A stretch of 64,000 nt of DNA from an uncultured Chloroflexia bacterium (GCA_963720755.1 CAVRGP010000002.1:160001-224000), one strand, 5' to 3'. Numbered from the stretch's first letter, positions 52,607 to 62,828 are shown. The notes: a model not told the origin generated them from the sequence alone. A program made the numbers and translations.

Positions 52607-53835
52607 CGGGACCGTCCGACCAGGCGGCGGGTGCGCCGCCCCGCGGCGGTGACGATCCGCCGTCCGACGATGCCGACCATGTCGAGGGTCGAGACCCTGG
52701 CCAGGGCGATCGGTTCGACCGATGTGCGGGTGACCTGACCATCGGGATCGGGGACGAGGCCACTTGCCCGCAGGACGCTCATCGCCACGGTCGCCGCAAG
52801 GTCCGGGCTGATCTCGGGGTCGGGCTGCACGCCGTCGACGAGCCGGCTGGTCAGGACCGGTCGGAGGTGCTCGGGATCGCCGACGATCCGGACGCCCGAG
52901 GCGGTGATCGCATCGACCATCTCCCGGGCGATCCCGGCGGTCCGGTCGAGCGCCCACTGCGGCGTCTCGATCCGGGCCTCATCGGGACCCGGCTCACGAG
53001 CCTTCATCCAGGCGGCCGTCCCGAAGCGCATGAACCTGGTGCTCATGACCCTGGTGTGCACGGCTCGGTCCAGGCCCTCGGCGAAGAACTGCGCGTTGAA
53101 CGCGCGGACGATCTCGATCTCGGCCCAGGTCATCGACCGGTTCGTCCGGTCGCCATCGGCCACCAGCGTGCCTGCCCGCAGCCCGAGCAGCTGCTCGAAC
53201 ACCCGCAGGACCATGTCGTGGTCCCGCTCGTCGAGGGCGATGACCGTGACGTTCTGTGGCCCGACCACCTCGGCCCACCGGGCGATCAGCTGATCATGGC
53301 GATGCCGCCGCCAGAAGAGAGATCTGGAGCTGTCGCTGTCCGGGTCCCCGAAGATCTGCTCGAGGAACTGGTCGAACGACGTCTGCAGTCCCGTCTGGAC
53401 ATGTTGCTGCCATTGCGACGGCAGGATCTTGCTGAGTGGTCGGAGGGTCACCACGACGTGCACCGCATCCGGACCCAGGTCCTCGACGATCGTCCGGATG
53501 GTTTCCGGCTGCGCGTGGGCCAGGCGTTCATTGCTGAGCAGGACCCGTCGGTCACCGGCGGCGCGGATCTCGTCGACGAGATCCTGCCACTTCGCGATCG
53601 GTGGGACCTCGCCGGTCACCGGGTTCCGCATCCCCATGACGGCCTGGACCGCCGCGACGGGTTGGCGGGTGGACCCTGCATAGTGGACACCCTGGGCGGA
53701 GACGGTCGCCTGCCCCGAACGAAAGGCGCCCTGCAAGGTCGTCGTCCCGGTCTTGGGTGGGCCGATGTGGATGAGCCGGGTGCCCGCGGGCAGGAGCAGG
53801 TCGTCCGATCCGTCCGGTCCGGCAGTGGCGGTCAT
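52603..53835 (-). CDS. Sulfotransferase-like protein, array copy C
   Basis: Same motifs; ATGA overlaps. Confidence 0.78.
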   Translation of the reverse strand: MTATAGPDGSDDLLLPAGTRLIHIGPPKTGTTTLQGAFRSGQATVSAQGVHYAGSTRQPVAAVQAVMGMRNPVTGEVPPIAKWQDLVDEIRAAGDRRVLLSNERLAHAQPETIRTIVEDLGPDAVHVVVTLRPLSKILPSQWQQHVQTGLQTSFDQFLEQIFGDPDSDSSRSLFWRRHRHDQLIARWAEVVGPQNVTVIALDERDHDMVLRVFEQLLGLRAGTLVADGDRTNRSMTWAEIEIVRAFNAQFFAEGLDRAVHTRVMSTRFMRFGTAAWMKAREPGPDEARIETPQWALDRTAGIAREMVDAITASGVRIVGDPEHLRPVLTSRLVDGVQPDPEISPDLAATVAMSVLRASGLVPDPDGQVTRTSVEPIALARVSTLDMVGIVGRRIVTAAGRRTRRLVGRSR

Positions 53836-55064
53836 CGGGACCGTCCGACCAGGCGGCGGGTGCGCCGCCCCGCGGCGGTGACGATCCGCCGTCCGACGAT
53901 GCCGACCATGTCGAGGGTGGAGACCCTGGCCAGGGCGATCGGTTCGACCGATGTGCGGGTGACCTGACCATCGGGATCGGGGACGAGGCCACTTGCCCGC
54001 AGGACGCTCATCGCCACGGTCGCCGCAAGGTCCGGGCTGATCTCGGGGTCGGGCTGCACGCCGTCGACGAGCCGGCTGGTCAGGACCGGTCGGAGGTGCT
54101 CGGGATCGCCGACGATCCGGACGCCCGACGCGGTGATCGCATCGACCATCTCCCGGGCGATCCCGGCGGTCCGGTCGAGCGCCCACTGCGGCGTCTCGAT
54201 CCGGGCCTCGCCGGGACCCGGCTCGCGAGCCTTCATCCGGGTGGCCATGCCAAAGGCCATCACCCCATGATGCATGACCTTCGTATGGAGCGGACGGCTC
54301 AGGCCCTCGGCGAAGAACTGCGCGTTGAACGCCCGGACGATCTCGATCTCGGCCCAGGTCATCGACCGGTTCGTCCGGTCGCCATCGGCCACCAGCGTTC
54401 CCGTTCGAAGCCCGAGCAGCTGCTCGAACACCCGCAGGACCATGTCGTGATCCCGCTCGTCGAGGGCGATGACCGTGACGTTCTGCGGCCCGACCACCTC
54501 GGCCCACCGGGCGATCAGCTCATCATGCTGCTGGCGGAACCAGAAGAGTCGCCTCGATCGGTCGCTGTCCGGGTCCCCGAAGATCTGCTCGAGGAACTGG
54601 CTGAACGACGTCTGCAGTCCCGTCTGGACGTGCTGTTGCCATTGCGACGGCAGGATCTTGGCTAGTGGCCGAAGGGTCACCGCGACGTGGACCCGATCCG
54701 GACCCAGGTCCTCGACGATCGTCCGGATGGTCTCCGGCTGCGCGTGGGCGAACCGTTCGCTGCTGAGCAGGACCCGCCGGTCACCGGCGCCATGGATCTC
54801 CTCGACGAGATCCCGCCACTTCGCGATGGATGGGATCTCGCCGGTCCGTGGACTGGGACGACCGAGCGCGGCCAGGACGGCCTCGATCGGTTGGCGGGTG
54901 GGGCCGGCATAGTGGACACCCTGGGCGGAGACAGCCTCGCGGTTGCCGTGGAAGGCGCCCTGCAAGGTCGTCGTCCCGGTCTTGGGTGGGCCGATGTGGA
55001 TGAGCCGGGTGCCCGCGGGCAGGAGCAGGTCGTCCGATCCGTCCGGTCCGGCAGTGGCGGTCAT
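53832..55064 (-). CDS. Sulfotransferase-like protein, array copy D
   Basis: Same motifs; ATGA overlaps. Confidence 0.78.
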   Translation of the reverse strand: MTATAGPDGSDDLLLPAGTRLIHIGPPKTGTTTLQGAFHGNREAVSAQGVHYAGPTRQPIEAVLAALGRPSPRTGEIPSIAKWRDLVEEIHGAGDRRVLLSSERFAHAQPETIRTIVEDLGPDRVHVAVTLRPLAKILPSQWQQHVQTGLQTSFSQFLEQIFGDPDSDRSRRLFWFRQQHDELIARWAEVVGPQNVTVIALDERDHDMVLRVFEQLLGLRTGTLVADGDRTNRSMTWAEIEIVRAFNAQFFAEGLSRPLHTKVMHHGVMAFGMATRMKAREPGPGEARIETPQWALDRTAGIAREMVDAITASGVRIVGDPEHLRPVLTSRLVDGVQPDPEISPDLAATVAMSVLRASGLVPDPDGQVTRTSVEPIALARVSTLDMVGIVGRRIVTAAGRRTRRLVGRSR

Positions 55065-56295
55065 CGGGACCGTCCGACCAGGCGGCGGGTGCGCCGCCCG
55101 GCGGCGGCGACGATCCGCCGTCCGACGATGCCGACCATGTCGAGGGTCGAGACCCTGGCCAGGGCGATCGGTTCGACCGATGTGCGGGTGACCTGACCAT
55201 CGGGATCGGGGACGAGGCCACTTGCCCGCAGGACGCTCATCGCCACGGTCGCCGCAAGGTCCGGGCTGATCTCGGGGTCGGGCTGCACGCCGTCGACCAG
55301 CCGGCTGGTCAGGACCGGTCGGAGGTGCTCGGGATCGCCGACGATCCGAACACCCGACGCGGTGATCGCATCGACCATCTCGCGGGCGATCCCGGCGGTC
55401 CGGTCGAGCGCCCACTGCGGCGTTTCGATCCGGGCCTCGTCCGGGACCCGGCTCGCGAGCCTTCACATACGTCGCGACACCGAAGTATGCCCGCACGCCG
55501 TGGTGCATGACCCTGGTATGCACGGCTCGGTCCAGGCCCTCGGCGAAGAACTGCGCGTTGAACGCGCGGACGATCTCGATCTCGGCCCAGGTCATCGACC
55601 GGTTCGTCCGGTCGCCATCGGCCACCAGCGTGCCCGTTCGAAGCCCGAGCAGCTGCTCGAACACCCGCAGGACCATGTCGTGGTCCCGCTCGTCGAGGGC
55701 GATGACCGTGACGGTCCGGTCCGACCACCTCGGCCCACCGGGCGATCAGCTCGTCATGCTGCTGGCGGAACCAGAACGGCGACATCGATATATCGCCATC
55801 CCGATCCTCGAAGAGCTGCTCGAGGAACGGTCCCAGGGGTGTCCTCGCGCCCGATTGGACCGCCTGCTGCCATTGCGACGGCAGGATCTTGCTGAGTGGG
55901 CGAAGGGTCACCGCGACGTGGACCCGATCCGGACCCAGGTCATCGACGATCGTCCGGATGGTTTCGGGTTTGGCGAGCGATATGCGCTCGTTGCTGAGCA
56001 GGACTCGCCGGTCACCGGCGCCGCGGATCTCGTCGACCAGATCCCGCCACTTCGCGATGGAAGGGATCTCGCCGGTCATGGGAGCAGGCATTCCCAGGAC
56101 GGCCTGGATCCCGGTCACCCGCCGATGGGACAAACCGGCATAGTGGACACCCTGGGCGGAGACGGCCTCGCGGTTGCCGTGGAAGGCGCCCTGCAGGTAC
56201 GTCGTCCCGGTCTTGGGTGGGCCGATGTGGATGAGCCGGGTGCCCGCGGGCAGGAGCAGGTCGTCCGATCCGTCCGGTCCGGCAGTGGCGGTCAT
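55061..56295 (-). pseudogene. Sulfotransferase-like protein, array copy E, with two frameshifts
   Basis: Coding sequence is split across three frames: about 2 nt missing near 55712-55722 and 1 nt extra near 55440 relative to sister copies; may be sequencing error. Confidence 0.7.
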
Positions 56296-57536
56296 CGGGA
56301 CCGTCCGACCAGGCGGCGGGTGCGCCGCCCGGCGGCGGTCACGATCCGCCGTCCGACGATGCCGACCATGTCGAGGGTCGAGACCCTGGCCAGGGCGATC
56401 GGTTCGACCGATGTGCGGGTGACCTGACCATCGGGATCGGGGACGAGGCCACTTGCCCGCAGGACGCTCATCGCCACGGTCGCCGCAAGGTCCGGGCTGA
56501 TCTCGGGGTCGGGCTGCACGCCGTCGACCAGCCGGCTGGTCAGGACCGGTCGGAGGTGCTCGGGATCGCCGACGATCCGGACACCCGACGCGGTGATCGC
56601 ATCGACCATCTCCCGGGCGATCCCGGCGGTCCGGTCGAGCGCCCACTGGGGGGTCTCGATCCGGGCCTCGCCGGGACCCGGCTCGCGGGCCTTCATCCGG
56701 GTCGCTGCGCCAAAGGCCATGACCTTCGTATGGAGCGGACGGTCGAGGCCCTCGGCGAAGAACTGCGCGTTGAACGCTCGGACGATCTCGATCTCGGCCC
56801 AGGTCATCGACCGGTTCGTCCGGTCGCCATCGGCCACCAGCGTTCCCGTCCGAAGCCCGAGCAGCTGCTCGAACACCCGCAGGACCATGTCGTGATCGCG
56901 CTCGTCGAGGGCGATGACCGTGACGTTCTGTGGCCCGACCACCTCGGCCCAGCGGGCGATCAGTTGATCGTGGCGATGGGGATACCAGAACAGTCGCCTC
57001 GATCGGTCGCTGTCCGGGTCCTCGAAGATCTGTTCAAGGAATGTCTCAAACGGCGTCTTCACGCCCGATTGGACCGCCTGCTGCCATTGCGACGGCAGGA
57101 TCTTGCTGAGTGGGCGCAGGGTCACCGCGACGTGGACCCGATCCGGACCCAGGTCATCGACGATCGTCCGGATGGTCTCGGGTCGTGCGTGCGTCAGCCA
57201 CTCATTGCTGAGCAGGACCCGTCGGTCACCGGCGCCGCGGATCTCGTCGACCAGATCCCGCCACTTCGCGATCGGCGGGATCTCGCCGGTCCTTCGGCTC
57301 CGCATCCCCATGATCGCCTGGACCGCCGCAACGGGTTGGCGGGTGGGACCGGCATAGTGGACACCCTGAGCGGAGACAGCTTCGCGGTTGCCGTGGAAGG
57401 CCCCCTGCAAGGTCGTCGTCCCGGTCTTGGGTGGGCCGATGTGGATGAGCCGGGTGCCCTCGGGTAGGAGAAGGGCCGCAGGTCTCGAACCTGACGGGGA
57501 TACGTCGATCGTCTGCGTGACGCTGCTGTCCACCAC
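56292..57536 (-). CDS. Sulfotransferase-like protein, array copy F (first in operon, unique N-terminus)
   Basis: 414 aa; HIGPPKTGTTTLQ etc.; C-terminal ~110 aa the same as copies B-E. Confidence 0.78.
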   Translation of the reverse strand: MVDSSVTQTIDVSPSGSRPAALLLPEGTRLIHIGPPKTGTTTLQGAFHGNREAVSAQGVHYAGPTRQPVAAVQAIMGMRSRRTGEIPPIAKWRDLVDEIRGAGDRRVLLSNEWLTHARPETIRTIVDDLGPDRVHVAVTLRPLSKILPSQWQQAVQSGVKTPFETFLEQIFEDPDSDRSRRLFWYPHRHDQLIARWAEVVGPQNVTVIALDERDHDMVLRVFEQLLGLRTGTLVADGDRTNRSMTWAEIEIVRAFNAQFFAEGLDRPLHTKVMAFGAATRMKAREPGPGEARIETPQWALDRTAGIAREMVDAITASGVRIVGDPEHLRPVLTSRLVDGVQPDPEISPDLAATVAMSVLRASGLVPDPDGQVTRTSVEPIALARVSTLDMVGIVGRRIVTAAGRRTRRLVGRSR

Positions 57537-57591
57537 CGGCCCGAGGATACCGGAGATGCGCCCAGCGCCGCGGTCTCAGGTCACGGGAATC

Positions 57592-57623
57592 AAAAAGCGG
57601 CCCGACCGGTCGGTCGGGCCGCT
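57592..57623 (-). terminator. Intrinsic terminator downstream of the cold-shock gene
   Basis: AGCGGCCCGACCG-xx-CGGTCGGGCCGCT perfect hairpin followed by a T-run on the minus strand. Confidence 0.85.
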
Positions 57624-57630
57624 CAGAGGG

Positions 57631-57834
57631 TCAGGCGGCGCGGACGTTCCCGGCGCGCGGCCCCTTCGGGCTCTGCTCGATCTCGAATTCCACTCTCTCG
57701 CCGCCGCTGAGACGGTCGAAATCGAGTGAACTGTCCATCCCGGCGCGATGGAAGAAGTATTCCTTCTCATCCTCGCCGACGATGAATCCGAAGCCGCGGT
57801 CGCTGACGACCTTCTTGATGGTACCGGTGGCCAT
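57631..57834 (-). CDS. Cold-shock domain protein
   Basis: MATGTIK..RGFGFI..EYFFH..KGPRAGNV; GGAGG RBS. Confidence 0.95.
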   Translation of the reverse strand: MATGTIKKVVSDRGFGFIVGEDEKEYFFHRAGMDSSLDFDRLSGGERVEFEIEQSPKGPRAGNVRAA

Positions 57835-58009
57835 GATGACCTCCAACACTTTCCGAACACAGATTGCAGATCGCACGGTCTGTTCGAAAAGGGGGTCGAC
57901 CAGGCGGAGTGTCGTCGCACAGTGCGGCGAGCAACAACAGTAGCACGGATGTTCGGGGTCCCTCGCCTGTGACGGGAGGCTACCGACTGGCGCTTGTATC
58001 GATGCGCCC

Positions 58010-59224
58010 GTGGATCTCACCCTCCAGGAGCTTGCGCGTCAGAGCCAGTCGGATGTCGCGTTCGTCGAGCGCCTGATCCGCCTCGGTGTGGTCACGGAGT
58101 CACCGGACGGGTTCGTGCCCGGCGACATCTGGAAGGTCCGCACCCTCCGAGCGATCGAAGCCGGTGGCGGGACGGCGGAGGCGGTCGCGGAGGCGGTCCG
58201 TGCGGGACGGGTCAACCTTGACTTCCTCGGCTCGCTCTTGCCGGAGCCAGGCCCGCTCAGCGCTCGAACCTTCCGGGAGTTCATCGCGGCGCAGGGTCCG
58301 AGGGGCGACCTGGTAGGCCCGATCCTCGAGATGCTGGGACTGCCACTACCACCCCTCGACCTGCCGATGCGGGCCGACGACGACGCGATGTTGACGCGCT
58401 TCCTCGATCAGTGGGCCCAGAGTCCAGAGATCGCGCTGCGCGCGGCCCGCCTGATGGGTCAGACGACGCGCGCGACGACCGAAGGATGGACCGGCCTGCA
58501 CTACGAGCTGTTCCGCGGCCTGGGCGGTCCGGATCGCGCCGCCTGGACGCCGGAGTTCCGGGCGCACGAGGAGGAGGTCGCTCGCGACGCGATCGCCCTG
58601 GCCGCCGCCATGCCAGGCTGGCTCATGCACCATCTCGTCGAGCGGATCCTGGCGGCCGATGTCGTGGAGAACCTCGAGATGGGCACGGATCCCTTCGCCG
58701 AACGGCGGCAGGACCTTCCTCCGGGTGCGCGGGTCCCCGCCATCGCGTTCGTCGACGTATCGGGCTTCACCGCACTGACCGAGGAGGCCGGCGACCGGGC
58801 CGCCTCCGACTCGACGACGGTCTTCGAGGAGGTCGTGACGCGGGCAGCGGCGGCGCATGGCGGTCGAGTCGTGAAGCTGCTCGGTGACGGCGCGCTCCTC
58901 CACTTCGTGGATGCGACCGTCGCGATCGATGCGATCCTCGTCGTGCGGGACGCGCTCCGCCCCCGCGGGTTGCAGTCGCACGCCGGGATCGATTGCGGGC
59001 CGATCGTTGAGCGCGATGGCGACGTGTTCGGTCGAACGGTCAATCGAGCCGCACGCCTGGCGGCGTTGGCCCGACCGGGGGAGATCGTCGTCAGTGAGGC
59101 GGTCGCCCTGGTCTCGCCTCGAGCGCGTCCGGCGCTGGAGGCGATGGGCCCGCAGGAACTGAAGGGCATCGACCTGCCGCTGGCCGCCTATCGGCTGGCG
59201 GGCGACCGCTCGCCCGATCGGTGA
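58010..59224 (+). CDS. Class III adenylate/guanylate cyclase with N-terminal regulatory (HTH-like) region
   Basis: FVDVSGFT, VKLLGDG, GDVFGRTVNRAARL, LKG. Confidence 0.88.
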   Translation: MDLTLQELARQSQSDVAFVERLIRLGVVTESPDGFVPGDIWKVRTLRAIEAGGGTAEAVAEAVRAGRVNLDFLGSLLPEPGPLSARTFREFIAAQGPRGDLVGPILEMLGLPLPPLDLPMRADDDAMLTRFLDQWAQSPEIALRAARLMGQTTRATTEGWTGLHYELFRGLGGPDRAAWTPEFRAHEEEVARDAIALAAAMPGWLMHHLVERILAADVVENLEMGTDPFAERRQDLPPGARVPAIAFVDVSGFTALTEEAGDRAASDSTTVFEEVVTRAAAAHGGRVVKLLGDGALLHFVDATVAIDAILVVRDALRPRGLQSHAGIDCGPIVERDGDVFGRTVNRAARLAALARPGEIVVSEAVALVSPRARPALEAMGPQELKGIDLPLAAYRLAGDRSPDR

Positions 59225-59244
59225 GGGCGGCTCGGCGGTCGTGA

Positions 59245-60116
59245 TCAGGTCGCCGAGCTTCCGCCCCGATCCAGCGAAACGGCCGTTCCGCTGACCCGGA
59301 TCCCGCCAGTCGTCGTCCGGGACCTCGACCTCGATCACTGCTCGGTCGACCCATCTCGACGCCCTGGCTGATCGTGAACCGGGCGGGTGGCACCAACTCG
59401 CCGCGCCACCGCAGATAGGCACCGAACGCAGCCGCCGCGGCACCGGTGGCGGGATCCTCGACGACGTTGCCGACGGGGAACGGATCGCGCGCACGGAAGT
59501 GGTCGGCGGTCTCGCGCCAGACGAGTTGGACCGTGGTCAGGTCCGCACCCAGCATGATCGAGCGCAGTCGCTCGAAATCGTAGGCGAGCGACGCGAGCCG
59601 GGCGTAGTCGGCCGCGGCAAGGATCAGGTGCTCCGCTCCGGCATAGCTCACCGCCGGCGGCAGCGCCGGATCCAGCTCGCCACGGCCCCATCCGAGGGCA
59701 GCCAGCGCCTCGCTCAGCAGCTCTGCCTCGGCCTCGCGCGTCCGGGGCGGGACGGACGTCAGCGTCGCCCGGACATGTCCGTCCGGACCCACGCTCCGTA
59801 TCGAGCGTCACCAAGCCGTCATTCGTCGTCAGGACGAAGTGGCCGATCCCCGACCGCTCGGCCAGGGCGACCCCGGCCGCGATCGTGGCGTGGCCGCAGA
59901 ACGGGACTTCCGCGGCCGGGCTGAAGTAGCGGACCCGATAGGCGGTGGCCCGCCACTCCCGTCGAGGGCGAGGAAGGCCGTCTCGGAGTACCCGACCTCG
60001 GTCGCGATCCGCTGCATGTCGGTCGGGTCGGGCAGTTCGTTCCCGATCCAGACCCCGGCCGGGTTGCCACCGGTCGGATCGAGCGTGAACGCGGCAAGGC
60101 GGAGCAGCTCGGCCAT
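59245..60116 (-). pseudogene. PhzF family isomerase, multiply frameshifted
   Basis: AFT..GGNPAGV..SETAF, EVPFCGHAT, EDPATGAA, QGVEMGRPS and IRVSGTA lie in different frames. Confidence 0.75.
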
Positions 60117-60193
60117 GTCGCGATCCTAGCCGATGGCAGCGGTGCGTCGTGTGACCGCGCTCAGATCGCCGGTTTGAAGACTACGATCTGTCG

Positions 60194-61775
60194 ATGCCAT
60201 CGACGTTGCGCCTGCTCGATCGCCGTCGGGGACTTCGGCTGCTTGTCGTGACGATCCCGTCCCTGGCGGTCGCCACGTTGGTGGTTGGCGCGCTGGAGAC
60301 CTGGCTGGGCGTACCGAACGCGTCGATCGTCTACCTGGCGGCCGTCGTCCTGAGTGCGATCCTGGCCGGCACCTCGGGCGCCATCTTCGCAGCCATCGGG
60401 TCGGTCATCCTGTACGACTTCCTGTTCACCGGCCCCGAGTACACCCTTCGGATCAGCGATCCGGATGAGTGGCTGAGCGTGATCCTGTTGCTCTTCGTCG
60501 GCGTGGTGGTCGGTCAGCTGGCGGCGCTCCAGCGGTCGCGCACCGATGAAGCCAGGTCGCGGGAGCGGGAGGCGAGGGCGCTCTTCCGGGTTAGCCGCGC
60601 CCTGGCAACGCGTACGTCGACCTCGGCAGCGCTCGAGACGATCGCCGACGTGCTCGTCGGTGAGACGGAGATGTCACGAGTCTGGGTCGTCCTCGACACG
60701 GATGGGTCAGAGCGCACCGTCGTGGATACCGATGGTGGTCCGCGGCCCGCGTTGTCCGCCGTTCAGCACGTGCTTCAGCGGATGCCAGGAGACGAGCCGG
60801 CGCACTGGCAGCGCGTCCACCAGCCCGCGCGCCCGGCGACTCGCGCCACGAATGACGCTGGCCTCCCTGCCTATCGCATCAGGATCGAGACGGCCGACAT
60901 GGTCCTCGGGTCGATCTGGTGCACCCGCGATCGCGCTGCATGGCGACCCGGACCAGACCGAAACGCGGCTGCTGGCGGCCGCCGCTGACCAGACCGGACA
61001 GGTGATCGCGCATGATCGGCTGGCGGCAGAAGCCCGCGCACTCGAGGTCATCCGCCAGGGCAACGAGATCAAGGCGGCGCTCCTGCAGTCGGTGTCCCAC
61101 GACCTGCGGACGCCCTTGGCGACCATCCGAGCCGCCGCAGGAACGATGCGACCGGGCCGCCACGCGCGGCCCGAGGATCTGGAGGAGAGCGTCGACCAGA
61201 TCGACCGCGAGGTCGACTACCTCAATCGCCTCGTCACCAATCTTCTCGACCTCAGCCGGATCGACGCCGGTGCGCTTCGCGTCGACCGAGACGTGTTCGA
61301 ACTCGACGACATCGTCCGGCGAAACCTCGATCGCATCGCCCCGCGCCTGAACACGCGGCGGGTCGACGTGGACCTGCTCGCGCCGCCGGTGGCCGTCGAC
61401 CCGGCCCTGTTCGACCAGGTGGTGGCGAACGTGCTCGACAATGCCATCAAGTACACGGGTGACACGACGCTGGTGCGGCTGCGGGCCTCGTCGCTTGACG
61501 GTGAGCCGTTCGTGCGTCTGACGATCGAGGACGCAGGACCGGGCGTTCCCGAGGACGCCATCCCGAACGTCTTTGACAAGTTCTACCAGGTCCCCGGCGT
61601 CGCGACCGGCTCGCGGTCCGGGACCGGGATCGGTCTCGCCGTCGTTCGCGGCCTCATGGTCGCGATGGGCGGACGGGTCGTCGCACGCCGGAGCGACCTC
61701 GGTGGCCTTGCCATCGACCTCGATGTCCCCGTCGCCACGGTCCCTGCCGAGCTCGAACCATCGGGGATGGGTTGA
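60194..61775 (+). pseudogene. KdpD-like sensor histidine kinase (DUF4118 TM + GAF-like + HisKA/HATPase), frameshift near 60935
   Basis: N-half in ORF 60194-60988 (YDFLF..P.YTL); C-half in another frame (VSHDLRTPL, NAIKY, D.GPG, GTGIGL). Confidence 0.8.
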
Positions 61776-62506
61776 ACGCGCCGAACGCCGCCGACGGCCC
61801 GTCCATCCTTGTCGTCGAGGATGATGAAGAGACGCGGCGTGCGCTCGTTCGCGAGCTGCAGCTCCGGGGTTACCGGATCGACCAGGCGGCCGATGGACGG
61901 TCGGCCATGAGCCGGTGGGAGCTCCACCGGCCCGACGTCGTGCTCCTCGACCTCGGCCTCCCCGATGTGGACGGACTCGATGTCATCCGGCGCATCCGGC
62001 GCGACGCGGCCACGCCGATCGTCATCCTGTCCGGCAGATATGAGGAGCGCGAGAAGGTCGCTGCCCTCGAGGGCGGCGCCGACGATTACGTGGTCAAGCC
62101 GTTCAGTGTCGATGAATTGCACGCCAGGCTTCGGGTCGCGCTTCGCCATGCGGCTGGTCCGGTCGGCGGGGCGACCGGACGCATCACAGCCGGGACCCTC
62201 GTCCTCGATACGGCCCGTCACGAAGTCCGGGTCGGCGCGCAGCTTGTGGAGCTGACGCCGCGCGAGTTCGAGATCCTGCGGGTCTTCCTGACCCACGCCG
62301 GGCGTCTCGTGACGAAGGGCCGTCTCCTGCGGGCCGTCTGGGGGGAGGCCTACCAGCGCGAGGACAGCTACGTCTATGTCTACGTCCACCACCTGCGCCG
62401 GAAGCTCGCTGCCGCCGATCCGAGCGGGGACCTGCGGGACCTGATCGTGACCGAGCCCGGTGTGGGGTATCGGATCCGCGAGCTCGGTGACCCTGGGCAA
62501 TTCTAG
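61772..62506 (+). CDS. KdpE-like OmpR family response regulator
   Basis: ILVVEDD, LLDLGLPD, GADDYVVKPF, TEPGVGYR. Confidence 0.9.
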   Translation: MNAPNAADGPSILVVEDDEETRRALVRELQLRGYRIDQAADGRSAMSRWELHRPDVVLLDLGLPDVDGLDVIRRIRRDAATPIVILSGRYEEREKVAALEGGADDYVVKPFSVDELHARLRVALRHAAGPVGGATGRITAGTLVLDTARHEVRVGAQLVELTPREFEILRVFLTHAGRLVTKGRLLRAVWGEAYQREDSYVYVYVHHLRRKLAAADPSGDLRDLIVTEPGVGYRIRELGDPGQF

Positions 62507-62573
62507 AGGCGCTTAAGACCGCCGGAGCGCTCGAGCGGACGGCCCTCTTGGGACCGTCCCGCACGCTGGGTTC

Positions 62574-62828
62574 ATGAACGAGGTCAGCGACCGGACGGCC
62601 GCCACCGCATCCGCACCCATCGATCACGAATTGCTGCTCATCAAGGAGGCGATCCTCATGGTCGCCTCAGGCCACTCGCCCCGCGTCATCCTGGCGGGCA
62701 TCCACTTCGGCGAGGCGCTGCTCGATCCTGGTCGGCGACTGGCACACGACGCCGGCGTCCAATTGATCCCTCTCCGGAGGGTGGACAACGCCCGTTCCGA
62801 CCTCGCGATCGAACGACTCGAGCGTTGA
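62574..62828 (+). CDS. Hypothetical protein
   Basis: 84 aa ORF whose stop overlaps the TTG start of the next gene. Confidence 0.55.
   Translation: MNEVSDRTAATASAPIDHELLLIKEAILMVASGHSPRVILAGIHFGEALLDPGRRLAHDAGVQLIPLRRVDNARSDLAIERLER

Larger units (their letters stand above)
50148..57536. repeat. Tandem gene-sized repeat, period about 1.21-1.23 kb, six units
   Basis: Junction sequence 'gtccggtccggcagtggcggtcatcgggaccgtccgaccaggcggcgggtgcgccg' recurs at about 51372, 52583, 53812, 55041 and 56272. Confidence 0.97.

Noticed and set aside
51396-55676. Long N-terminal extensions of the array ORFs (532, 521, 634, 614 aa) suggesting read-through fusions
   Set aside because: They are stop-free alternative frames of the preceding copy in GC-rich DNA; the ATGA-coupled starts are more plausible.
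50148-57536. Array as a diversity-generating retroelement, CRISPR or shufflon
   Set aside because: No reverse transcriptase, cas or recombinase gene in the window; units are whole genes; variation includes indels and is not obviously adenine-restricted.
50148-57536. Array as a simple assembly stutter of one gene
   Set aside because: Copies differ by many in-frame substitutions and codon-sized indels, not random errors; strain concatenation still needs read-level exclusion.
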